DNA of 64,000 nucleotides from Lama guanicoe (taxonomy: Eukaryota). A program made the position numbers and the translations under genes. The stretch is from positions 2,366,508 through 2,430,507 of the forward strand of contig MU053588.1 of NCBI GenBank assembly GCA_013239625.1. Reading direction: 5' to 3'. Shown piece by piece: positions 35,501 through 47,500 of this stretch (within the stretch, counting starts at the first letter, position 1; each line of letters opens with the position of its first letter). The notes below the pieces were generated by a model. It was not told the origin of the DNA and did not search any database. It saw only the letters and a list, made by a program, of their open reading frames with translations.

Positions 35501-38500
35501 NNNNNNNNNNNNNNNNNNNNNNNNNNNNNNNNNNNNNNNNNNNNNNNNNNNNNNNNNNNNNNNNNNNNNNNNNNNNNNNNNNNNNNNNNNNNNNNNNNNN
35601 NNNNNNNNNNNNNNNNNNNNNNNNNNNNNNNNNNNNNNNNNNNNNNNNNNNNNNNNNNNNNNNNNNNNNNNNNNNNNNNNNNNNNNNNNNNNNNNNNNNN
35701 NNNNNNNNNNNNNNNNNNNNNNNNNNNNNNNNNNNNNNNNNNNNNNNNNNNNNNNNNNNNNNNNNNNNNNNNNNNNNNNNNNNNNNNNNNNNNNNNNNNN
35801 NNNNNNNNNNNNNNNNNNNNNNNNNNNNNNNNNNNNNNNNNNNNNNNNNNNNNNNNNNNNNNNNNNNNNNNNNNNNNNNNNNNNNNNNNNNNNNNNNNNN
35901 NNNNNNNNNNNNNNNNNNNNNNNNNNNNNNNNNNNNNNNNNNNNNNNNNNNNNNNNNNNNNNNNNNNNNNNNNNNNNNNNNNNNNNNNNNNNNNNNNNNN
36001 NNNNNNNNNNNNNNNNNNNNNNNNNNNNNNNNNNNNNNNNNNNNNGCGTGGGTGAGCCAGGTGGAGGGGGGGGGACGGAGGCAGGGCGGGAGGGGGCGCT
36101 CTACCTGGTCACCTCCTGACCAGACCCCTCCATACCCTCAGACGTGGATGAATGTCGCCGTGTGCCCACGCCCTGTGCTCCCGGGCGCTGCGAAAACACT
36201 CCAGGCAGCTTCCGTTGCGTGTGCGGTCCGGGCTTCCGAGCCGGCCCGCGCGCTGCGGAGTGTCTGGGTGAGAAATACAGGCTCCACCCCTGCTGCGGTC
36301 CCACGCCCCTTCGGCCCAACTACTGCCTTGGCCCTGGCCCTGGCCCCAGAACAGCTCCCGCTCTCGCTTCGGCCCCACCACTGCCTCTTCCTGGCCCAGC
36401 GGGCCCTTCCCGTCGGGGCAGGTCCCTGCTCTACTACCGCCGGGACTCTCCGGGACTAGGTCCCGGCTCCGTCCCTCCCTTTGCCCCTCCCCTGCAATAT
36501 TCCAGACTAGCTCCTGCCCTCTGCCAGGCCCCTCCCCTGTCAGACAGCTGTGGCAAACTATCTCCTGACCACGACTCCTGATTTCCATCCAGTGCCAGGT
36601 CCCCAAACCAGCCCTTCCCTCGCTTCTGCCTTCCCTTTGTTCGGCCCCCAAAGCTGTCCTTCCCATCCTTGCCCTCCCCAGGCCTTGCCCTCCCCAAATG
36701 GCCCCCCTCACGTTTCTCCTCTTTACCTCGGCCCTGGCTGGGTCCCCAGCCACAGTCCTGCCCTTCCCGCTTATGCTTCGCTTTAGTCTTGAACCGACCC
36801 ACTCCGAACCCCCTACAGCCCCGGGCTCCCGCCCCAGCCGGCCCCCGCCTAAGCTTGGCTCCGCCCCCGCCATCCCCGCTCCGCCAAACCGTCTGGGGGA
36901 GGGGAGGAGGCTGAGTGTCTGCCCCAGTCCCAAGCACTCGGTTTGTGCCCGCAGACGTGGACGAGTGCCACCGCGTACCGCCACCGTGTGACCGTGGGCG
37001 CTGCGAGAACACGCCAGGCAGCTTCCTGTGCGTGTGCCCCGCTGGGTACCAGGCTGCACCCCATGGAGCCAGCTGCCAGGGTGAGGGACTGGGGATGTAG
37101 GGGGGGAGGGTAGAGCAGCAATGGTGAAGGATGGAGAGATGAAGAGACAGAGCAATTAGGAAGAGGGAGGCTGATTGATGGGTTCTCAGAGGCCAGGCTC
37201 TGAGAACCAGACATGCAGCCTGTTGGGGATGGAGAGGTCAAATGATGGAAAATAGGAAGGCTGAGCCATAGAGGATAGAGAAGCAGGATGGGGGATGGAG
37301 ATGTCATTAATGGGGGAAGGGGTAGAGTTATGGAGGACAGAGTATAAGGAGGCCAACTGACATGGACTAGGAAGATTGAGTTCTAAGAGGCAGACAGGAA
37401 GCTTAATAGGGATTGAAAAATGAGACGAATGGAGGATGGAGAGTTAGAATGATGGGGGATAAGGTGGCAGAGTGATGGAGGGTGGAAACTCCAAGAGATG
37501 GAGGTCAGGGAAGCGGAGTAGAGCACGGAGGCAGTTGGTTTGCAGGGAGGTTCATAAAGAAGGTGTGACCTGGGTCCTTTGCTCTGGGCAGATGTGGACG
37601 AGTGCATCCAGAGCCCAGGCCTGTGCGGCCGAGGGGTCTGTGAGAACCTGCCTGGCTCTTTCCGCTGTGTGTGCCCGGCTGGCTTCCGGGGCTCGGCGTG
37701 CGAAGAGGATGTGGATGAGTGCGCCCAGGAGCCACCGCCCTGTGGGCCAGGCCGTTGTGACAACACAGTGGGCTCCTATCACTGTGCCTGCCCAGCTGGC
37801 TTCCGCTCCCGAGGGCCAGGGGCTCCCTGCCAAGGTGAGGGTGCTGAGTCTAAGCCCACTTCACCTGCATTTGCTGTGAGGACTGGAAAGAGACACGATT
37901 GGGGGGCAGAGAGGCAGGGTGATGAGGCTCAGTGAAGGAGGGCAGGGAGGGGGTGCAATGAAGGGATGGGGAGGGTCTGGCTTCAGAGTCTTCTCCTCTT
38001 TCTCCAAATATGGAGAATTCCTCCTCCCTTTTGAGTGTTACTTTGGATGTGCTTGTGAGAACCCTTAGGAGGGGACAACTCTGAGGCAGGGAAAGCAACA
38101 TACAGGAGGTGGTGCCCTAGCCTCATCTGGGCAGCTGCAGAGACAATTAATGGGGAAACAATGAAAGGGTCTGTCCTTCTGGGAGGAGGGAGCATCCTGA
38201 GCGAAGTCCAGGATGCTGCCTCCAGGATGGAATGTTGTGGTGCACGGTGATGGTAGGGAGTCCAGGCCCTTTCCTCAGCCCCACTGGTCTCCTCTGCCCC
38301 AGATGTGGATGAGTGTGCCCGTAGCCCCCCGCCCTGCGCCTATGGCCGGTGTGAGAACACAGAAGGCAGTTTCCAGTGCGTCTGCCCCACGGGTTTCCAG
38401 CCCAATGCTGCTGGCTCCGAGTGCGAGGGTGAGGCCGGGGAGGGAGGGAGGAGTGTGGATGGGTGAGGAGGCTGTTGGGCCACTCCTTCAAGACCACCCT

Positions 38501-41500
38501 CTCCCCTGCCTCCCAGATGTGGATGAATGTGAGAACCACCTGGCCTGTCCTGGGCAGGAGTGTGTGAACTCTCCGGGCTCCTTCCAGTGCAGGTCCTGTC
38601 CTGCTGGTCATCACCTGCACCATGGCCGATGTACTGGTGAGACCAGGCCCTGGCTGTGACCTTGGACCTGCATCATGACTCCTGACCCAGACTGTGACCC
38701 CTATCCTCGGCTACAACTCTGACCTGGCCCATAACCTCCTAACCTGGATCTCAGTCACCTTACCTGAACCACAACCCCCAGAGCCTAACTGTGACTCTTG
38801 ACCTAGACTGCAGACACCACTGACCAGACTATGGTTGCTGGTCTGGACCACGACCTTGCATGTGATTTCTGCCTCAACTCAACTGTGACATTTGACCTTA
38901 ACCATGACCCCTGCTGATAACCCCTGATCCTAACCATAATAGCAGTTGTGACCCTCCTGACTCTGCCTGTCCCCTGGTCCTGTATGTGACCTATGATCCC
39001 TAAACTTGACTGTGACATTTGACTTAACCATAACTGTTGCCCATAACCCTGACCACAACCCCTGACTCTGTGTGATGCTTGATCCTGTCTCTTTCACTGC
39101 CACTGTCCCTTCTCAGAGTCCCTTCCCTGTGACCTGATTTGGGTTCATGATCCTCAACAGTGACCCCTAACTAGACACTCTGACTCCTGACTCAGCAGAA
39201 TCCCATCCAATGATCCTGATTTATAATACCTGACCCCTTATAATTAATGTCAGACCTCTGTCTCAGTCCAGAGCTCCTTCACTTGACTCCAGGATCCTGG
39301 CACAGGGAGTTTGAAGAAACCCAGACTCAAAGGACCCCCAATCATGGTCCCCAGAATTAAGGAACCCTAGTCTCCCCTACACACTTATGCCATGGAGCCT
39401 TCATCACATATCCAACCCAAAATCCATACCCATATCCAACTTCCAATCATCTCCTTCAGACCCCTTTGCCCAGTGGGATCCATCAGTGTGTCCCAAGATT
39501 AAACCCCTTCTGTAATCCCCATTCTCACAGATGTGGACGAATGCAGTTCGGGCGCCTCCTGCGGCCCCCACGGCCACTGTACTAACACCGAAGGGTCCTT
39601 CCGCTGCACCTGCGCTCCAGGCTACCGGGCACCACCTGGTCGGCCCGGGCCCTGCGCAGGTTTGCAGGGCAGGGCGGGGAAAGGGCTGGAGAACCTGGGA
39701 GTGGGACCTGGCTTCCTGGGCAAAGCCTGCTGGGGAGCTGGGAGCTGAACTAAGGGACTGATGGTGGAGTTTTAGAAACTAGCCATCTGGGGTGTGGCTT
39801 GGGGGCAGGATTGCCGCTTTGTGGGCGGGGCCTGGGTCTCGGGGGCCGGGACTGGTGACCCCGCAGCCCTATCGCTCACGTACCCTAGACGTGAACGAGT
39901 GCCTGGAGGGCGACTTTTGCTTCCCCCACGGCGAGTGCCTCAACACCGACGGCTCCTTTGCCTGTACTTGTGCTCCCGGCTACCGGCCTGGACCCCGCGG
40001 ATCCTCTTGCCTCGGTCCGTACCCGGGTTGGGCCTGGACCGGGAAAGTGTGGGCTTATGCCAGGAAAAGGCAGGTCAGGGAGAAGAAAGTGGAATAAGGA
40101 GTCTGAATTTTTGGCCAGGGTTTTAATGCATCAAGAGGGCGGGGCTTGTGGAATCTCCTAGGGGCGGAGTTGGGAGTGGAAAAGGGGAAAGGGCAGTTGT
40201 CGGAAAAATTGGGCAGTGATTGGAAAGGACTGAGATAAACCTGTTGGAGAAGTGGAGCTTGCAGGGAAGGGAGGAGAATAAGGCAGGTGCAGAAGACGTC
40301 AAGATCTTGGAGCCAGAAGGGCAGGAAAAGGGCGGTGGAGGGGAGTGTCCTGGAATGTTAAGCCAAGAAGGAGATGGGCTCCTGATTTCGGACACTGTCC
40401 CGCAGACGTGGACGAGTGTAGCGAGGAGGACCTCTGCCAGAGCGGCATCTGTACCAACACCGATGGCTCTTTCGAGTGCGTCTGTCCTCCGGGACACCGC
40501 GCTGGCCCAGACCTCGCCTCCTGCCTCGGTGAGCGGCCCCGCCTGATCCCTTTCCCCTCTGTCTCCTGGACTCCTCCACTGGTGTCCCCCATTTGTATCC
40601 CCCGCTGCCTCCCCTCCGCTGCTTCCTCCCTTTCCCTTTCCCTTTCATGCGTCTCACTCCTCCCCCTTCTGACTCTCCACTCCCCTCCTTGACTCCCCAG
40701 CCTTTTCTCCTCTTCTTCTTTGCCTCCTCTGCTTCCCTATCTGACTTTCTGTCCTGCCTCCCCCCTCAGACGTGGACGAATGTCGCGAGCGGGGCCCGGC
40801 CTTGTGTGGGTCCCAGCGTTGTGAAAATTCCCCTGGCTCCTACCGCTGTGTGCGCGACTGTGACCCTGGCTACCATGCGGGCCCTGAGGGCACCTGTGAT
40901 GGTGAGACCACTGCCCTGGCTCCCACAAAGAGTTGTATAAGTTGGCTCTCTTGGAGACCCAGAAGGGGCACCAGGCCTCATGGACTTGGGAGGAGGGGAA
41001 AAGCTCCAAACCAGTGTACTTAATTCTCTCCCCATCCCTGTGGTGGAAATAAGCCACCAGTGTACTTTCTTGCAGAGGGGAGGCCAGAAGATGAGGGAAG
41101 ACACTCCTATCAGGAAACAGGCCAAGCCTCACTTTCAGAAGCAGCGCATGCTCCTCTGAATTTGAGCACAGGCCACATTTTAGGCTATACCCAGTTAGAC
41201 ATCTACTAGAAAGAACTGTTAGCCTCCCTCCCATTTCCAATCAGCCTATGGTTTAAAATTCCATTTCTCCCTCTTCAGACCACTTCAGTTTGGACCTACC
41301 CTTTTCCACCTTTGACCAATTGTTTTACTTCCAGCTGCCCCTCCATAGAGCCTCTACCCTGGCTGCCCTGGGCTCTATCCTTTCCCAGTGTGAAATTCCT
41401 AGGTTTCTTCAAGCTCTGATTCTAACCTGCTTAAGCTCCACCCTTCCAAGTTCAAATAGGACTCTTCAGATTCTGTTTTCTCCCACTCCTCAGACCTCTT

Positions 41501-44500
41501 CAGGTCTCAGGAAAGTACAGGCCCACCCCTTCCAGTCTCTGTTCTGCCTTCAGACCACCCTTTGCCTCTTCTCACTTTCCATGGTTTCCCACCCCTGACC
41601 TTCCTCCTTCCCCACCAGGTGCCAGCTGGGTACTAACCAAGACAGGAGGCTAGGACTAATCTAAGATTTGGGGGAAGGAGAGGGTGAAACAGATGAAATG
41701 ACTGTGGGCTGCCTTTGGTGCTCGGGTTGCCAGAATTCTGATTCATGGAAATCTAGTTTCATGGGATCTCATTCATTAATTCCACAAGAATTCACTAAGC
41801 ACCTACTGTGTGTGACACTGGAGGCAGAACAGGCAATGAGTCAAACAAAATCACTGTCCTCATGGAGCTGACATTCTAGGGGAGAGACAGACAATAAATA
41901 TGTAGATAAATTCAACAGTCATTCAGCAAACAATTTGGGGGTGTCAGGCACTGTTCTATACCCTGGGGATACAGTGTGGAACAACACAGACACAAATCCC
42001 TGCCGACATGTTGTTGGCATTGTAGAAACGTGACAGTTGTCATGTCAATAAATGCATGGGTATAATATAATGTCCAGTTTTGGAAGGAAAATAAAGCAGG
42101 ATAAATGGACAGAGATTAAAGAGCAGTAGCAGTGGGGGCACTAGGAGGGCTTGACCTAGACCTTTGAGTGAAGGGCACCTGTGATGGGCACCCCGGGAGC
42201 CACGCAGATAACTGAGGGAAGAGTATTCTTGACAAAAGGAACAGCAAGTGCAAAGGCCCTGAGGTGGAGCCATGTTTAGGCTATTCAAGATATAGTAATG
42301 TGGCCTTAAGAGTATGAAGGCCATCTTTAGAAGCTCAGACTGCTAGAATACCAGATTCAAAGACTTCTTGGTCACGGGAACTGGCAGTAGCATCAGGAAC
42401 ATGTGAATCTAGGCCAGTGACTCCCCTTCCCTCCCCTCCCCACTCTTTTGCAGACGTGGACGAGTGTCAGGAATACGGCCCAGCGATTTGTGGAGCCCAG
42501 CGCTGTGAGAACACCCCTGGCTCCTACCGCTGCACACCGGCCTGTGACCCTGGCTACCAGCCCACGCCAGGGGGCGGATGCCAGGGTGGGTGTCCCTGGG
42601 GCAAGGGATTTGGAGGGGACAGAATGTCCAGCAATGGCCTAACTGTCTGGTGGTTGCAGATGTGGACGAATGCCGGAACCGGTCCTTCTGCGGGGCCCAT
42701 GCCGTGTGCCAGAACCTGCCTGGCTCCTTCCAGTGCCTGTGTGACCAGGGATACGAGGGGGCACGGGACGGGCGTCACTGCGTGGGTACGGGGCTCCCGG
42801 GGTGGGTGGAGCCAGAGGGTGGGGAGGAGGTTGGTCAGGCCCTGCTCCCCTCCATAGCTCTGAATCCTTGTAAACTTTAGAGGTATGAAATTCAGGCCTT
42901 GGAATATAAGATCATCTTCATGTCAGTCAGGAAACCCTATTGATTCAGATTTGATTTTGGGGGTGCTTACAAAATTCATGCATAAAGTAGTAAAAGTGCA
43001 CTAATCTTAAGTGTACATATACATTCTTTATTTTTTCCCAACATTTAAAGAGGAAATTTTCTAACCATACAGCAAATTAAAAGACCTGTAGAATGAACAT
43101 TTGCACACCCATGATCTATATTCTATTATTATCATTTTATTATACTTGCTTCCTCACATAACTTTCCATCTAATTTTTTGGATAGATTTAAACTTAAACT
43201 GTAGGCATCAATATATTTCCCCCTAAATTCTTCAGTCTGCATATCATTAACCAGAATTCAATATGTGTTTACAGATATTTTTATTTGAGGTTCAATATAC
43301 ATACAGTGAAATGCATGAGTCTTAATTATATATCTTCTTAGTTTTGACAAATGCAAACACACCAAGCTTTATTTCTTTAAAGGGAATTAAAACTGTGAAG
43401 TCCTGGGAAATATCTGAACTTCAGGCACAGATGGATATAGGAATTGTAACAAACCTAGCTTTCTCCCAGCTCTGCTCTCCTCAATTGCATTTATGTTCAG
43501 GCAGATTCTCTTTTCACAATGACAAAAGGCACCTCTGGCTGACATCCTCAGCTTGACATCCCTAGCTACAGAGGGAGGCTCTTTCTCAGTATTTCTAGAA
43601 CAAGCCTCTGGACTGGCTTTGACTGGCCCAGCTTGGTGACTGCCTGTCTCTGAACCAGAGAAATGCAGACTTCTGTTTGGCCGATCACATGGGTTGAAAA
43701 TGGAGGAGCAGAGAGATTCCAAGAGAAATTCAGGGTTTGTCACCAGAAGATAAGTAGATGATGAGGTCTAGGTCATTAAAAAAAATAAATAAATTACACT
43801 TGAAAGCTGAGACTCTTTAGACTTATGGAATCCCAGAGGTTTACAAACATTGACTCCCTCTTTGCTGTTTTCTCCTGCTCACAGATGTGAATGAATGTGA
43901 AACGCTACAGGGTGTGTGTGGAGCAGCCCTGTGCGAGAACGTGGAAGGCTCCTTCCTCTGTGTCTGCCCCAACAGCCCTGAGGAGTTTGACCCCATGACT
44001 GGGCGCTGTGTTTCCCCTCGGACTTCTGCTGGTGAGACTGAGATCCGTGTCGACTGAACTGATGGCTGCTGGCCCCGCAGGAAAATAATGGAGTCTAACC
44101 ATTCTTGATGTGGACAGCTGCCATCAGTTAAATGCTGTTTTAAACAACAAAAAACTTAGAAAACATGAGTTAACCTGGGTGTGGGACTCAGCGTCAGGAG
44201 AAGTAGATCTTGGTCCTGACTTGACCAGATTCCTTCACTGTGTTTAGGCCATATTCTGGGTACTGAGGACTCAGTAGTGACCACCTTGTCTTCAAGGGAC
44301 TCAAAATCTAGTAGGGGCAGATAGCGATATAACCTGACAGTTAACAACCCGGAGAAGTCAGCACTGGGATGGAGGAAGCGCAGGCCAGAGGGAACAAGCC
44401 TATGATGGGAAAGGCTAGGGGCTGTGGAAATCTAGAGAAGGTGCCTCCCCAGCCTTAAAGGAGAGTTTGGGGGGAATCTCTGAACTGAGAGCAGTAGGAT

Positions 44501-47500
44501 GAGTAGAAGTGAGCCAGGCTAAGTGGATGAGGGAGGGCATTCTGGGGTGAGGATACAAGGGCAAAGGCCTGGCAAGGCAAGAGGGTACTTGACATGTTTG
44601 GAAGACTGCAGTAAGTTCAGGGTGATGTGCTTTACAGAGCAAGGGAGGGGGCGGGGAGAAGTGAGGCCACAGAGGGAGGCAGGCACCAGACCACACTGAC
44701 TTACTGTGGTCAGGAGGCTGGACTTTTCTCGAGGGCACTCTGGCACCATGGAAAGGTTTTGAGCAGGAGAGGGATATAATCAGATTGTGAAATTTCCTCT
44801 GGCTGCCATGTAAAGGGGGATTGTATTGGGTGATCCTGGGGGCTGGGACCCCAGCAGAGAGGACAGGACTGGACCAAGGCAGGGCCATGGGAGGGGAGGA
44901 GAGGGAAGGTGGGAGAGGCCCGAGAGGCCAAGTGGACAGGCTAGTGGGCTGCCTGGGTCAGGGAGAGGTGTCCAGGCCTAGACAGGGGGTTGGGTATAAA
45001 GATCCCAAGACCAGTCTGGGACACTTTGGATGTAAGGACCCTGGGAGGCTTCCAAGAGGCCAGCAAAATCTCCTCTCCTCCTACCTGAGCTGCAGCTGTG
45101 ATGACAGCTGAGATGCCTGGGAGAGGGAGGTGGGGAGGCAAGAGGTGCAGAGATGAGACGAGGTGGTAATGGGAGAAAGAGGGGACAGGTGGTGAGAGAT
45201 GTGGAATCTGGCTCTGTCACTAATGGCTGGGGGCCCTCTGGGCCTGTTTCCCGATACATAACATAGGGGCTGGAGGCTAAAGCCCCTTGTCTCCCTAGGC
45301 ACATTCCCGGGCTCACAGCCCCATGGACCTGCCAGCCCCGGCCCTGCCAGCCCTGGTCTGCCAGCCAGGCCACCCCCACCACCCCCACCCCGCCGGCCCA
45401 GCCCACCCAGGCAGGGCCCTGTGGGCAGTGGGCGCCGGGAGTGCTACTTTGACACGGCAGCTCCAGATGCATGTGACAACATCCTGGCTCGGAACGTGAC
45501 GTGGCAGGAGTGCTGCTGCACGGTGGGTGAGGGCTGGGGCAGCGGCTGCCGCATCCAGCAGTGCCCGAGCACCGAGACAGGTGGGCATGGGCCAAGGGAT
45601 GGACTCAGGGCTGAGGGTTTGGATAAAAATAAGTGGGCGTGGGACTGGGACAAGGGGACACATTTGGACATGGGGCTGAGGTGCTGGCATTGTGTGGACA
45701 AGAGTGAGCTGCCAACCAGGTGGGCGTGAGGCTGAGAAGTGAATACAAACAGGCATGAGGGCTGAAGATTGGGCAGTGGAGGGTGGGCATGGGGCCAGCC
45801 TGAGCACTGAGGCAGGTGGGCACAAGCAGGCCCAAGGCAGGGGCTGGGACAAGGGTGTCTGGGCTCACCCTTGTCTCTGTGTGCAGCCGAGTACCAGTCA
45901 TTGTGCCCCCACGGCCGGGGCTACCTGGTGCCCAGTGGAGACCTAAGCCTCCGGAGAGGTAAGGCCCATTCACCCTCAGCCCCCAGGCCCAGCTCTGTCT
46001 CACCCTGTCTCTGTTTTCTTTATCTCTGTCTCTCACCCTGTTTCTCTGTCTCCCCCATCTCACCCCTAACTTGTGTCTCTCTGTCTCCATTTTCCCTGAT
46101 CTCTACTCCTGGGTCTCTATCACCATCTCTGTCTTTCTCTTCCCTGATCGTGCCCCGCAAGCCGCACACTTCCCCTACACAGCCCTCCCCACAACCTGGC
46201 CTGCTTCCCATCTCTCTTGGTGGGGGGCGCGTCCCTAACCTTCCTTCCCGCAGACGTGGACGAGTGTCAGCTCTTCCGAGACCAGGTGTGCAAGAGCGGC
46301 GTGTGCGTGAACACGGCCCCAGGATACTCATGTTATTGCAGCAATGGCTACTACTATCATGCCCAGCGACTGGAGTGCATCGGTAGGAGCCCCACCTCCA
46401 CCATCACCCCCCTCCCTTCCCCCGGCCTGGGACTCTCCCCAACACTTGGCCACGCCAGCTTCTCTTTGGAATGTGGCCACCACCAGCACGAAGTCCTTCC
46501 TGGAGTCTAGACTGAATCTATCACACTGTCAATGCACTGGGGAAATCGGAAAGGGGAGACGAAGGCTTCCTAATCACTTCCTCCATGCCTTCCTAGATAA
46601 TGACGAGTGCGCTGACGAGGAGCCGGCTTGTGAGGGCGGCAGCTGCGTCAACACCATAGGCTCTTACCACTGCACGTGCGAGCCCCCACTTATGCTGGAC
46701 GGCTCGCGGCGCCGCTGTGTCTCCAACGAGAGCCAGAGCCTTGGTAACCTCCCCCCAGCTCCGCCCCGCCCAGCCGGCTAGCCCCGCCCCAGCCCCGCCC
46801 ACACCATCCGGCCCCGGGTTCCCTGGGCTCGGCCCCCCGCCGGCACCCGGGCCACGCCCCTCGCGCGCGTGGCTCGGCCACGCCCCTTCACGCCCCATTT
46901 AGCTTCTAGTCTCGGTGTTTGACTCAGATCCACAGGCCAGCTGGCCTGTTTCAAGGCAAAGGTTTTAAAGGAGCCTCCCTGCCACTTGCTGGCCCTGAGT
47001 GCATGTGCACGCTGCTTATCGCCTCTTGGAGCCCAGCTTCCTTTCTGCACTTTGGGTGGACTCGCAATAGCCCCTAGCTTACAGGGTGTTGTGAGGAATT
47101 TTATTTTTAAGGACAGTATGGGACCTGATCTAAAAGCGTGCTTCCTGTTATTTCCCTGCGTGTCTCTGTCTCTTTGCATCTCTCTGGGTTTCTGTCTTTA
47201 GGCTTTTCTCTGAATTTCTGCCACTGCGACTGTCTTTGCTCCTAGGTCTGTTCTCTCTGCATCTTTGCTGTCCTGTGTTTCTTTGAGTCTCTGATTCTTT
47301 GGATGTGTTTCTCTCTATTTCTTTGGTCCTTTCTCTCTTTTTGCCCATTGACTCAAATTCTTCTTCCACTTCCTGTTCCTACAACTTCCTCCCACACTCT
47401 GAGACTTCATTCAAACAATGCTCAGAGAGGAAAAGGAACAGCCCTGGGGTCGCAGAGCCCTCCAGAGGCCAGACTTGGATAGAACCCTCCTCTCAGACCC

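Noticed and set aside
35008..36459. 483-aa ORF
   Set aside because: Artefact of translating through the N gap.
36109..37155. 348-aa - strand ORF, and other antisense ORFs over exons
   Set aside because: Antisense shadow of GC-rich LTBP4 exons and introns, low complexity, with no splice or promoter support.
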